From Lingula anatina (lineage: Eukaryota > Animalia > Brachiopoda): a DNA stretch of 64,000 nt. Shown here piece after piece: positions 12,581 to 51,013 of this stretch (positions within the stretch are counted from its first letter, which is position 1; each line of letters opens with the position of its first letter). A program made the position numbers and the translations under genes. Location: assembly GCA_051362555.1 (NCBI GenBank), contig CM120640.1:11532001-11596000 (forward strand), read 5' to 3'. A model generated the notes under the pieces. It saw only the letters and a program-made list of their open reading frames with translations. It was not told the origin of the DNA and did no database searches.

Positions 12581-13278
12581 ACCCCTATTCCACACCGATT
12601 ACGAATTCCTGGAACCGCCAGGAATTGATAAATCCCAGGTTCTTACTTTAATCGTTATAAATTCTTTAACTCTGGGAATCGTAAAGCATTCGTCTGACCA
12701 CAATTTGACAACGATTCTGTAAAGCAGGGGTGAGGGACTTTTTATACCTGTCTTGAGGGAACATTCCTCGAAATTTCAAGAAAAAATAATCAATATTACA
12801 TTTATAATGGGGGCGTCTCGATAGTCCGAAGGTTCATTGGTCCGAAGGTTCATTGGTCCGAAAAGTAGTAACGTTTTTATCGATTTTTTAATCAAGGGTT
12901 CATTGGTCCGAAGGTTCTATAGTGAACATTCGGACCAATGAACCTTCGGACTATTGAACCTTCGGACTATCGCTACGGCCCCTTTATAATCGCACCAGAG
13001 TCGTAGGCGCATTTGCCAGATACTTAGCTTTCCTAACTGAATCCTCATATTCCTAGGCTATTCATAAGTCATTCTTGCAAATCGTAGCCATTTCTTGACA
13101 ACATTCGTGCTGATCAAGCAGAATCCCACGAAAATTCTTAAGTCTACATTAACAAATCTGTAACTGAATCCTACAGGATCAAAATCTCTATTAGTGGGAT
13201 TCTGCAAATTTTCACGATTCCTTTAATTTATCAATTCTTGGCGGTTCTTGGAATTCATAGTCTGTATAGAATAGGGGC
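12581..13278. mobile_element. Older degenerate TIR element hosting MITE copy 2
   Basis: Imperfect ~50-bp TIRs: CCCCTATTCCACACCGATTACGAATTCCTGGAACCGCCAGGAATTGATAAAT versus the reverse complement of ATTTATCAATTCTTGGCGGTTCTTGGAATTCATAGTCTGTATAGAATAGGGG. Confidence 0.7.
12809..12982. mobile_element. MITE copy 2 (same family as 11779-11936)
   Basis: Same termini, TSD TTTATAAT (12801-12808, 12983-12990), one extra 16-bp unit (174 vs 158 bp). Confidence 0.9.
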
Positions 13279-13650
13279 ACTAGGAGGCATAAAAACCAAT
13301 GAAGACTTGCATGAAGTGGAAGTTGTTTCTTTTTTTGAACACAAGGGTGCTAGAATCGTAGGTGGCTGCACAACGCATAAATCTTCAAGGAAGCCGCACT
13401 GAAGGTGTACAGCAAATGCACTGGGAGTGGAAGAGCTCGGTACGATCACTTTATAGCGTCCATGGACCTACATTTAAACTGGCTGTCGGCTGGATATTAG
13501 GTTTTTAAAATGCATGGTCTGCCGGGCTCTGCAGCACGTTACAGACCGTATACACAGGGATAAAACAACCATGATGAAATGACCTTCTTGAATTTGAAAA
13601 AAAAAAAAAAAATAGCTTGATGTACTAATGACAGAAGGCTAGGAATGTAA

Positions 13651-13891
13651 GGCTGCGTTCACATGAAAAATCTATTTTCTAAAAATCTATTTGCGGTATC
13701 TTGTGATCACGGTCTGTGCCCTGAATACCCTGCGGCGTAATTACTGGCAGCGCCGAGAATTAATTGCAGCCTTGGAAGTAACTGGCTCGCGCTGCCCGTA
13801 TTCACGCTGTGGGGTATTCAGGGCACAGACCGTGATCACAAGATACTGCAAATAGATTTTTAGAAAATAGATTTTCCATGTGAACGCAGCC
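13651..13891. mobile_element. PIF/Harbinger (Tourist-like) palindromic MITE
   Basis: ~80-bp near-perfect TIRs GGCTGCGTTCACATG..CATGTGAACGCAGCC; TAA TSD at 13648-13650 and 13892-13894. Confidence 0.88.
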
Positions 13892-14643
13892 TAAGAGTGT
13901 GTTTAGGTCACCATGGTAGTAACTTCACTTTCTTCTTGTGTCCTTTATACGATTATCTCTGAATAAAATGATAAGGGGGCATTTGTAAAAGCAACATAAA
14001 CTAAATTGACTTATTTATCGAATTAATGGGTACAAAAGATTCTTCAGTGTTATGCAAAATTGTTTTTATATCGATAACAGTAGAAAAAAGAAAATATAGC
14101 TTTTTGATATATAAATAAAATTGTAAATTATTTACATAATGCTTTTCACAATTTGAATGTTTCAAGTGCATGCATAATGTAATGTAAAATATTGTTTGTA
14201 ATATAGAACCAAAGGCCTTTGTAAAGAGAATGCACTCTATACGGTTTATGGGGTTGAAGAAAACATTGTGTGGGATTGTATCAGTTAGATTATGTTACAG
14301 AAGAAATTGAATGACAGGTTTGCAAAATGACAGAATGTATGACAATTCTCAGAAAATTAACTAATAATGCTGATTTTAAAACTCATCTTGGCTTTTCACC
14401 AAAATAAAGCCCTCAAGCAAATTCAAAATGACACAAGCCAGCATAAGATGCATATATGTACATACAACCTATCAGTTTAAACAAGAAGACAGACAAAATA
14501 ATAAAGCTTCACATAAAAAATTCACTTTCCTGCAAAAATGTTACAAAGGTAACATTGCTACCCAGTGGTGACAGAAAATGTGTACTCTTCCTGCTCCGAC
14601 TCACATGGGGGTGACAAAAGTAAATATGTGATAGGTGTTATTA

Positions 14644-14859
14644 TAGGCTCTGTTCTCACAACTTTTAGATCGATCTATCACCGCGGGGAGTCTCACTAGA
14701 TTACTGTCAGATAATCCGCCTTAAGTGTCCGTCCCCGCCTACTACAAGCTATAAGGGGTAATTAACTTTCGTGTCCGCCCGGCTGACAGCTATTTAGCGT
14801 GAACCCCCAGGGAGTTAGGTCGATCCAATGTAGGTCGATCTAATCTATGAGAATGGGGT
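14644..14859. mobile_element. Harbinger-like MITE family H, copy A
   Basis: Shares GATCGATCTATC..GGGGAGTCTCACTAGATTAC..GGGGTAATTAAC blocks with copies at 17938, 44313 and 57802. Confidence 0.75.
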
Positions 14860-14866
14860 GATACTT

Positions 14867-15833
14867 TATTACCTCTCACAAGGCAGCTATGCTTATTCCC
14901 ATAAGTTTGTGGGTTTATCTGTGGAGAGCATTTCGCAAAAAGGCACAGACAGATTTTGATGAAACTTTCAGGATAGGTCACAAATGGGCCAAGGATGAAA
15001 TGATTAAATTTTGGTGATATGAAATAAATCAAACCATGGATTCATTATGTACTGGTTTTGGTGAAATTTTCAGGATAGGTCATTAATGGGCCAAGGAAGA
15101 TATGATTAGATTTTGGTGATGATTAATTAATAAGGGAATGTCTTAATGATATTAATGTCTGCGGGATATATATATATGTTTTCTTAAATAATTTTTTTTA
15201 CATCCATAGTTTACACTATTGCATCCATATTAAGATATTTAAAATGACAGGTACCCTTGTTAATTTTGTTGCAATGGTGATTGGAACTCCGATTTCAATT
15301 ACTGTTGAGCCCTTTGGGAAACTTAAATTAATTTTGCACATATTTTCAATTTTCTTCACAGATGAAGTGCTTTTATTGTCCATATCACTTACACGGAGTT
15401 TCAGTTTATATGGCAGACATGAATGAAAAAAAAATTGATAGGTACACTTGTACCTTTTGTTGCTATGGCAACTTGTTTTAGGATAAAACTGATTTTTTCC
15501 AATTTTTAGTACATTTTCAAAGTTTACTTTGCAAGCAAAGCATTTTCAAACTCACCACAATATCTGTTGACTTTATGTTTAAATATAGATCAAGGATTTC
15601 CATAATTGAAAAGCATTTGTGAAGCAATTTTAGCCAGCCTGTTAACTTCAATTTTTGTGTACTGCTACATCACCAGATTGCCAGCTATAGCTGCTGACGC
15701 AATGCGCAACAAAAAGATGTTAATGTATGACGTTGTTGCACAGTAGCATAAGGACACTACCTTAAGTAATAGGTAATTACTAATTTATTATTTGTCTTGT
15801 AGGAAGTTGCGTTTTCCGAGTGCTTTTCTAGTT
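14867..15833 (+). mobile_element. Non-autonomous Helentron/HINE-like element
   Basis: Begins TTATTACCTC, has repeated GAAACTTTCAGGATAGGTCA..TGGGCCAAGGA..AAATTTTGGTGAT blocks, ends ..CGAGTGCTTTTCTAGTT; layout resembles metazoan Helentron-derived repeats. Confidence 0.55.
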
Positions 15834-16519
15834 AACGATATGTTCCTGGTAACAGGTGATTGGTGATAATATGCCCCCTGGACCAGTGAGCGTCATTACA
15901 AAGGAATAACAAGGTGCATGGTTGCAGTCAACATTACATTTGTTACCAGGACAACACATGCTGTGGGTGCTAAGAGGAACTCATTAGCACAGAAATAACA
16001 CTGAATATTACATACTTTTTTGGCCTCTTATCAGGGTATTAATGATGCTCATGCAGTGACACATTTTATTTAACAATAAACACATGGTGTGACCAATGAA
16101 TATATAAATGAATTGTGGATTTGTAAACCCCCAAATTATCACAAAATCAATTTGTACAAATAAATAGAATATTTTGCACATTTAACAAATATTTACAATG
16201 CTCCCCAGAATGCTCTACAACTACAATTTTCATAGGCTTATGCAAAACTGGCAGACACATAGCAAAACACTGCAAAAATACAAAGAGAAAAAAAAAACAA
16301 TCAAGTTTGTAAAAATAAACAGATCATGCTGATGTTTGAAAAGAGCCTGCTTTTCTGTTACAATAAAGATATAAATATAAGCAAAACTGAAGTAAAACAA
16401 AAACATTTGGGGATTAACATTGCCAAAATAAATGTGTAAAAATGCCATCTCTCCATTATACTTTTGACCATAACACACATTATCTTTGATAAAAATACAG
16501 TTGAATAAACTGAAGGAAT

Positions 16520-41626
<25,107 letters not shown>

Positions 41627-41968
41627 GGTTTAAAATACTACAATATCCCGAAATTCAGAAAAACTCAAAGAAAATACCATCCACACTGAACGGCATTTCA
41701 TCGGAGACCGCCATTTTGAAACAAATCAATATGTTTGAAATCTGATTGGTTGACCTTAAACTTGGCATCAAGAGGAGCCGGACAGGCCAGATGAATAATA
41801 TTAAAATAATGTTAATGATGAACGTTGAATGAATCGCTTGGAACTTTTAGAAAGGTATGTGAGAGTGTTTCAGCACAAATGCAGTTAAAATCCATGCAAA
41901 CTGAAATTAGCACCCTGAACGGGTAATCTCGAGGGAATCGCGTTTCCTTCGAGATCAAAATAGACAAA
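41627..41968. promoter_or_regulatory. Bidirectional promoter between the ARM/SPRY gene and EMG1
   Basis: Only 342 bp between divergent ATGs; CpG-enriched; YY1-type CCGCCATTTT at 41708-41717, CCAAT box (ATTGG, 41745-41749), AAAATGGC over the EMG1 start codon. Confidence 0.75.
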
Positions 41969-44900
41969 ATGGCAGATCCAAGCACTGGAGAACACGTGAA
42001 GACTCCAAAACACAAACTAACTCTGCACGAACGTGATCAAGAAAGGCGATTGATTGTAATATTGGAAAATGCTTCATTAGAGACAGCAAAGGTTTGATGT
42101 ATATCATGAATTAAAATAGTTGTGTAATTTCAATGATATTGTAAAATATAAAAATTTCATTCGCTTTTTATGTACAGAATCACAGATTCAGTATGTTTGG
42201 TGTCTCTGTATAATACAGTTCCGTCACCTACACCTATCTTCGCCGCCACCGTGCATTTTTTGTACTGTTAACGCAATAAATGAAAAACTATTTGACTTAT
42301 TAATTTTAAACTTGCTGATTTATGACACTCAAATACATTAAAATGTTTGCTGCCTTGTTTACCTCATAACTTTGATTCTCATACATTAAGTTAGTAATTA
42401 TGGTAATGATAAAAATAATTTGAAAACATCGTGAAGTTTTTCATTTAAATATGATAACATATAACCTAGGGGTAAATTCTATTTTTTTCTGTTTTTTTAT
42501 GTAAAGGTTGGAAAACAGTATGAACTGCTTAATTGTGATAAACATAGGAGTATCATGAAGAGATTTAAAAAAGATCCATCAACATGTAGACCAGATATCA
42601 CTCACCAGGTAGGAAAACTTTTTTCCCAGTCTATATAATATATTAACATACACAGATATTAGATTTTAAGGTAAAATATTGGCACCATGTGTTATGTGGT
42701 TCTCTAGAAGTAAATCTTTGTTCAAAAGTCTGAAGATATAATTTGAACATTAATAACAGTTTTGTTATTTACTTTTATAGTGCTTATTAATGCTTATGGA
42801 TAGTCCTCTAAACAGAGCTGGTTTATTACAAGTTTATATCCGCACAGAAAAACATGTGTTGATAGAGGTCAACCCTCAGACCAGGATACCTAGGACCTTT
42901 GATCGGTTTTGTGGACTTATGGGTAAGTCACGTATTAGCACCATGGTAACCTACATGCATGTATATTTCTAATAGCAAAATACTAGTCTTTATCCAGGGT
43001 ATTGAATAACAGCAGGTTAATAAAAAATCAAAGACATTTATATATTGTTTACATCAGCCATTGCTTAGCATGTCTATTTCCCCCATAATTGTTTTTATCC
43101 AGAGGGGAAAGGACAATTCTCTTAACTCATTCTAGACCATAATTGACTTTATAATCATTGTAATCCTAAGCTTAAGGTTTTTGCATAAAGATGCCACCTG
43201 CTAATATATTTATTAATATAAGTTAACTTTGAGTAAACAGTGCACTTTCATGATTCAAATGTTCACATTTTATTTGTCAATAACGGATATTTAAATAATT
43301 TTAATGGTTAATTTTCTAGTTCAACTTTTACATAAACTCAGCATCCATGCATCAGATGGCCCACAGAAGCTTCTGAAAGTAAGTATACTTGAAATTGAAT
43401 TGTGTAGTTAAGAGTTTACTTGATATTTTACTTCATCAAGAACTACACACTAAAATTTATTTAAATTTCACTTGATATCACTTCACGTTATTTGCCAGTG
43501 CTTTGTATATTTTTCTTACTTAATAATCATATGTATTGTCAGTATGGTTATTTGGTTTGGGAAAAGGCAATTTGTATGCAGTTAGGGTAGTAAAAATTCC
43601 AAGGTAATTAAAATTGGCGATCCAACTTAACAAATTGGTACAGCTTGTTTATGTTGGGATATCCACCATCCACCTGACGTATCAACCAGATGGCCTTGTG
43701 GTTAGTGTCTGCTTCTGTAGCAGGAGAACATGGGTTTGACCCCGTCTGGGGACATACCAGTCCTTTATAAACAGTATCTGCTTTGTCTCCGCTTGGCACT
43801 CAGCATTTAGGGGTTGAAACAGGGTTCCTGGTCAGCCAGAGAATGTCATTGTAAACTTGCTATCACTCAGCACCTCATACGGCAGCGAGGCTGTATCCTT
43901 CCGAGGGAGGCGAGATCGACAACACAAATTTATTGTAGTGACCAAGTGTCTAGCTGCACTATATGTAACGCACATTATTTATTTATTTATTTATTGTAAA
44001 GTCTACTGAACAGATTTGGAATTTGGACTTAAAATAAATGTATTATTAAATAAATATATATTGCCAAGAAGAGCCACTAGCGTTAAGTGGCCAAGATGGC
44101 CGACGACCCAGTGATAAACAAAACATGCTGATTTGTTAAGTTGGATCAACAAGGCCAACAATACTAGTGAGTTGTCCTGCCAGTTTTATTAAACTGGACA
44201 ATCAAATTTTGTTGCTATGGTGTAAAGACAACATAACCATTGGTTATGCAGTTGTCTACACTGATATTTGGTGTACATATGCACTTCACTATCTTTTTAT
44301 GAAAAAGACTTAGGGACCATTCTCACAGATATTTGGATCGATCTATCTCCCTGGGGAGTCTCACTTAATTGCTATCAACTTAACCGGCTTAAATACCTGT
44401 CATGCCTAGTAAAGCTGTTAGGGGGTAATTATCTTTCCTCTCTGGCGTGACAGACATTTAAGCCGGTTAGTTGACAGCAATTCCGTAAGACTTACCAGGG
44501 AGTAAGACCGATCTAGATAAGCATGGGAACCCAGTCTTAGAACATGACCGGGAAATGGCATTTTTTATAAAGCATCCAATTTGAAAAGTATCTGTTTTAT
44601 GCAAACATTTATCATTTAGATAAATTTTATAGGTTATAAAAAATCCTGTGATAGACCATCTTCCCACTGGCTGTGAAAAGATAAAGATGTCCTTCAATGC
44701 AGACAAAATTGTTGATGCGGAGGATTTGGTCCCCGATAATAAACCTGTTGTGTTTGTTATTGGTGCTATGGCTCATGGAAGTGTAAGTATATTACAATGT
44801 ATTATTGTTTTAATTTTTAAATTGAAATATTAAATGAATGTATTTTATTTAACATATTTGGATATACTTGAAATCCTAGCTACACTTTTGCTTTATTGAT

Positions 44901-45209
44901 TATTTGAAATATTATCATACTAATCTCATGCCTGAATTATTATAAATGTAGATTATTATGCAATCATATCAATGAATCTAGCAGTTCTTTGGTCCAGGAG
45001 TGAAACATTCTTTGTTATCTCATTACATATGAAGTTAGCATACTAGGAAAGATTATACCATAACTTTTTAAATATTCTTTCTTAATAATTTTCAGGTAAA
45101 TGTTGACTATACTGAGAAGGAATTTTCTATATGCAGTTACCCCTTGTCTGCAGCTTTAACTTGTGCAAAAGTGTGTACTGCATTTGAAAAGAAATGGGGA
45201 GTGAAATAG
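41969..45209 (+). CDS. EMG1: Ribosomal RNA small subunit methyltransferase NEP1/EMG1 (SPOUT family), 6 exons, 229 aa
   Basis: Exons 41969-42091, 42507-42608, 42781-42922, 43320-43378, 44633-44782, 45096-45209 (690 nt). Motifs [100 protein letters not shown]. Confidence 0.97.
43684..43996 (+). mobile_element. tRNA-derived SINE (Meta-core-like) in EMG1 intron 4
   Basis: A-box TGGCCTTGTGG (43691), B-box GGTTTGACCC (~43733), central CCGCTTGGCACTCAGCATTTAGGGG resembling the Meta domain, (TTTA)n tail. Confidence 0.75.
44313..44536. mobile_element. Harbinger-like MITE family H, copy C (EMG1 intron 4)
   Basis: GGGACCATTCTCACAG..GATCGATCTATCTCCCTGGGGAGTCTCAC..CATGGGAACCCAGTC, TTA on both flanks. Confidence 0.8.
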
Positions 45210-47538
45210 TGCCACTGCTGTTACTTTGTAGACCATCACATAATGTGCAGGAATTTGACTCAAGATGGCTGGTGTGAACTGTAAACCATTATCAATAAGA
45301 CCAATTTGTTTAGTTATGTATAAGGCAAAAACCTGAGACTTGTCAAATTTTAGTCTGGGTATTTGTCTGAATACAAATTGCTTTACAATTTTTAAGACAT
45401 AAGGTGTGTGCTGCACTTTTATAAGAGAAAATCCTTGGAATTTCAACGATGTACCCTTTATCACCAAGGGATATCTTGTCCAAAACTGTTGAGAAAATTT
45501 GATCTATAGAACTTTTTGAATCATTCAATTTCTTTTTTTATTATTTTACTGTTGTTGCTAGCTGATAAAATGTGGAATGTTGAAATTTCCAGTAAAATTA
45601 TTTTTGCCACAGCAAGGCCTTAAGGTATTGTAGGACTTTTATGGTGGCTGAAATGTCAATTTTATCATTATTTAAAGGCATGGGGGCAATTTATTAAAAA
45701 TCAAAATGTGGCGAGTTCTTCATTAAAAAACACTAAGTGACTTTGTTATGTCTAGTTTAAAACAGCAAATTTTGTTGTAAAACAAAGATCATCATCACGG
45801 GCTTTAAATGACAATTGAGGGCAACATAGTGCATTCAAAACTACAGCATTTTTTATCTATATGTAAAGATTTAAAACTTAATGTATGTTCAAGGTGCACT
45901 TGATGTGCACATGAAGAGAAAAGCACTGAAAGTGTGATGAAAACCTTTTGCATATGAATTTGTCCCTTGTGCCTTTTAAAATAGTAGAAAAAAGAAAAAA
46001 AGCAACTAGGGATGTTTTCCTTTTTACCATTTAATAAAGATAACAAGATCCATATAACAAAAACAATAATTCCACCTTAGGACATAATTACATAAGAACA
46101 GTAAGAATTTTATATGTGGATAGATCAACAATAAATTTTGCAAATATTCTGTACTAAAAATAGAGTAAGCAGTTATTTTTTAAATACTAAGCAAAGGCAA
46201 CTTGTTTATGTTATTTATATTATAAATACTTATAACACACTGTCAGCCAAATCCACTCTAGCATTTTAGAAAAATAGGTAATCAGTGCATAGAGTATCTA
46301 TTAAGGTTATAATAAAATGAAGCAATATCTTAAAAATATGTTTCGAAAACAAATTTCATGTGAAATAAATATAGCTCTTTACCCTATTAAATATACTATT
46401 AAATATACAAGTTTTTTATCACACACAAACACCTAAAAGAATTCTACCACATGTATCTTAAATATCCAAACCCAACAAAACTGTCACAGAATACATACAT
46501 TTATACAGTATGTGCATTAAATGCAAACTTGTGCTAGAGGCTTTCCACAAAAAAGCAAACATATTGTCTAATATTTGGATATTTGTTTGATTACTATTTA
46601 ATTACTGATTTCTTTCCATATCGGAGGGTACAACAGTATTGGAAGAAGATAATGGGGCAAATCATATTTATCAAAATATTACATAAAATGTGCAGCACTG
46701 ATGTGATCAAATTTTCACTTTTTTGTGGAACGACTTGCAAGGTCATGAAATAGATTATGAATACATATACCTATACAGATAGTGCTTGTTAAACTATACA
46801 TTACAAGTGCATTTTCATTTTGCTTTAATGTCACCAATGCATAAAACAAAGGTGCATTTTCCCATTTCAGATGACAATAATGAAAGGAAATATACTTCTA
46901 TCCATAACAATTTAATATCATTGATTTTCATTAGAGTGGCTGCATTTGAGAACAGCTTTCAGTTGCCTGGAAGCCACGCTACTAATACCTTTAAAATGGC
47001 TTAGAAGTCTTTATAAAGATGGACAATTTCAAAAAAGAAAAAAATAATAATAAAGCCTAGTATTTAGAGCTAATGAAGCTGCTTATTGGACAAACAAGCT
47101 GTTGACAAAGTTGCTAAAATTCCAAGATAACCACCACAGTAAATTAAGCTCAAGTTTTGAAGACATGTACTTACCAAATTGGCCATCCAATATGTCACAA
47201 TTTAAAATGATGTATAGAAGTCTTGCCCCTTTTGATATCATTCAACCATAATAAAAGGACTAAATGGACTTATTGTACTGGTATTTTGGCTTTGCAGCTT
47301 TTCACATGTATGTTACACAAAACTCCAATAACTGGAGTTTTTTTTTTTACTTTCTCTTTTATCCAATACGGATTTTTCCCATTATAAAATTTTTGGTCAA
47401 CTTTAATCAATCTTGGCTCCTAAACTGTAGAAAATCTTGGTTAGTCTATAAATATATTTGCATATGATATATACAATTTAAATTTAACTTTTTGAAAGAA
47501 AAATTTTTGAATATTTTATGAAGTTGCAGTATTCTTTA

Positions 47539-47786
47539 TTAACCACTCCACGTCATCGAGAATGTATTACCAAGAATGTTCAACCAAAACGGCCAAGTTT
47601 GGCCTAGGAAAATGGGCCCTAAAGTGGATTTATTATCAGTTCTAAGGTTCTTTTTACGTACTTGTAAACCCCTGAAGGTTAAATCTTTCCATAAAAGTGT
47701 GGTTTAACATGGTTTCAATCATAACTGGCACGAAATTGACATTTGAACAGTTCTTGGTAAAATATTCTTGATGCCATGTGTATTAA
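47539..47786. mobile_element. Degenerate TTAA-flanked MITE (piggyBac/Kolobok-like)
   Basis: Imperfect TIRs CATCGAGAATGTATTACCAAGAATGTTCAA / TTGAACAGTTCTTGGTAAAATATTCTTGATG, TTAA at both ends. Confidence 0.55.
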
Positions 47787-50700
47787 AAGTAAAATATATC
47801 AAAGTACTTGCATCATGTGCAAGTTGTGCCCATTGATTAGTTCTGCTCCTAGTTATTAGAATACTAACTGGATTTTGTAATATGCAAACCAAGTCCTCAT
47901 TCAGTATATAAAATTATTAGTATGGATGTGCATAAATTTGAATTCAAAACTGCGATAACTGGTTACCTAGACCAAAGTTTTCAACATGAGATCACTATGA
48001 GGACCAGTAGCTGTACCATAGCCTGATGTAGTAGGATTTTGATTAATTGAGCACAACAGAGGTAGCTACAAGCCTAACTGAAAATGTTACTGGGAACTTC
48101 ATTTACATGGAAATTTGTCATAAAGCAAAAACCCTGTAATAAATATATAATATATGAGAATCTTGTTTTAAATATAATAACTGTTTTTGTATACATTATC
48201 TTATTTGTATTGCTGTTCCTGGTTTACTCAGTTTTCACTGTTTCTTTTTTATGCAGACCTTGGCAGAAACATTGGCTAATATATGTCTACTTCTATATTC
48301 CATCTATTATATATATAAAAAACTATTCAAATTATTACATGAATCATGGACTTCTTAATCTCCCGTTGTGTTGAAATGAATACTTCTCTTTATAGCTACT
48401 ATATATGGAATGTCAGTGTTCAAAACCCTACAACCACATAATATTTAATATCCGACTAGTCTACAACACAGTTATGGATTTAGCTTAGCATGCAGGGACT
48501 GATGTTTTTGTCTCATTTTGTACAGCCTGTTTCCATGAAACATTTTCAAGAAGGTGGAGAGGGGAAGGACATGCCTCCTGGACCAACCTGTGCTACTAGA
48601 TTGAAATCAATTTTCAGTCCACATTTTTATAAAAAGGTGTTAGAATTGAATTTAGAAAATAAAATATTATAAAAGATCAAATGTGCACGTAAAAAAGGTG
48701 AATCAACATTTAAATTCACAAGCTCATTACGTTTACATACGGAAATGTTATACTTATCACTATTTAATATCTTTTTCTGACTTGAGTTGAAATGAAGGAA
48801 TAAATGGCTATTAGCGTTGAGACCATTGCATTGCACATGCCTACAATCAATTGTTCAATCTGTTTAAGTAACACCATAACCTTAAAATTTAGCACATAAT
48901 TTGAATATTTCATTCACAATTGGAAAACTGTCAAAGGAAATAAAACATAAAATAACAATAGCTTAAAGCTGCATAACATTAGCATTGTGATAACCCAGGT
49001 TGAGCATTAGAGCCACCTCATACATACGTACCACCAGTTGGGTCATGGGGATCACTGGGAAAAGGCATTTTAAAAGGATAACAACTCTGAGATCCATATT
49101 TCACAATAAAGACATTGCAAACAACTCACAGACATATAATGAATTCTATTTCACCACCAAAAAGGTTGTTACATGTTACCTCCATAGATGGCTACCCTCT
49201 GTGATAATCTCTTAACAGATAATTACATTAAAAACCTTTCGATGAAAAATGGGGACTCACTTTGAATGTCGTAATGGATTCATTTACCATTGGTTAGTAT
49301 GGAATTTGTTGTTTACCCTTGAAAAAAACTTTCTCATCTTGTGTCCATACCAAACAGTGATTGTTAATGTTTTTAGTGAAGATGTTTAAAATAACCCAGT
49401 AATTGTAGCAAGTTTCCAGATGGGCAGATTATGAACACATATGAAAATAAGGGATGTAAATTCTAGGTGCCTCTAGCTCACCACTGGTGGCACAATAACA
49501 TTTTACACAATTAAACTGTATATCTATTACAGATCATCCGAGAGGAATGTTTTATTTGTTGCAAAAACAGTTTTCCAATTCATATTTTCAATATCACAAC
49601 ATTAGAATTGTCAGTCTCATGAAAGTGAATTATTAAAAAATATATTTTGTAAAATTCATTGCAATGACAACAACAAAAATTAAACTTGTATTTCTGTTTA
49701 ACATGCTACAAACAATAAATATAACAAATTAAAATAATTAAACTGCACTTTCATAAAGGCAGCAATACAGCTGTTTCAAATACTTAACATTAATAATAAT
49801 GTGTCCCTCAAATATCTTAACATTGCAAATAAATATAAAAGCACATTAAAGCACCAAGCAGACAGAAAAATCCTCATTTTGAAAGCAAATTTCAGGCTAA
49901 AGCTTGATCAAGTGGTGCCTGTGTATTAAGCTTAGTTTAATTATACCCAGGTACCACTTGTTTAAAAATAACAAAAATAAGTAAAAAACATAATATCATA
50001 TATACTTTCTGAAACCAATTCCATACATAACGTTTTGAACTAATAATTTATCAGTTTTCAACAATATAAATTATGTTTAAGGTAAAAAACAGGTACTGTT
50101 TAGTGTTTATGTAATATGAACTTAAATAACTTAAAGTCTCACTTTAAAGCAAGACAATATTTATAACACAAGACCACACTGAACATGTCAACATTAAGCC
50201 TATTATGCAATATGCCATTGGTCCAGTAAGAGAGTAAAATGTTTAACGTATTTATGCATTTTGTGCAGTATATATTCTAGCTGCATATCACATTTTAGCC
50301 TTTGCCCTCATATATTTTATGTGCCATTACTGATGTGACCATCCTGATTGTTCACATGCAGCCAGAAGGGTGCACTGAGTAAACTTATGGCAATATCGAG
50401 AGCACAAGGCAACATCTGACCAAATTAACTTGTATACTTGGCAACAATATTGCTGTAACAAGTTTAATACATAAATCACCACACTGCCATCTTTTTTAAT
50501 TCACAAATATATACATTACTCAACAAACAACAAATAAGGAAATGTATTTTAAAACAGAAAAAGCAAATCAATTACATACACTTATCCTATATGTTATATA
50601 TAAATATATTCTTAATTTCAATTTTATATGATTTCATAAATTATATACTCAAAAACAGTTATTTGAGAATTGCTATAAATTCAGTTTAAATTTATGAAAT

Positions 50701-51013
50701 AAGTTAGGAGGAAAAATATAAAGTAAGGCATACAGGTATTAATCTGTATAAATAACATTTATATAAATATTCAATGTCAACTCAAAACCAAATATTATAT
50801 TTAAATTTTTATGTGTGTGCTGGTTTATACAACCTTCAAGCTACTATGGAGGCTGTACACAAAAATTCCCACGGTTATAAATGTATAAATCTCACTGATG
50901 TTATTTAATAAAGGCCTAGAGCATCTCATAGCTTACATTATTTTAATGTTTCCCTGAGAATACTGCTGTTTTAATTTTCCTTAGGCAAACCATAAGGTCC
51001 ATAAAACAGACCT

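Noticed and set aside
43684-43760. tRNA gene
   Set aside because: A and B boxes present but no intact cloverleaf; continues into a SINE body and tail.
42092-45095. Intronic snoRNAs in EMG1
   Set aside because: No convincing C/D pair with terminal stem or H/ACA double hairpin found by eye; an Infernal/snoscan search would be needed to exclude them.
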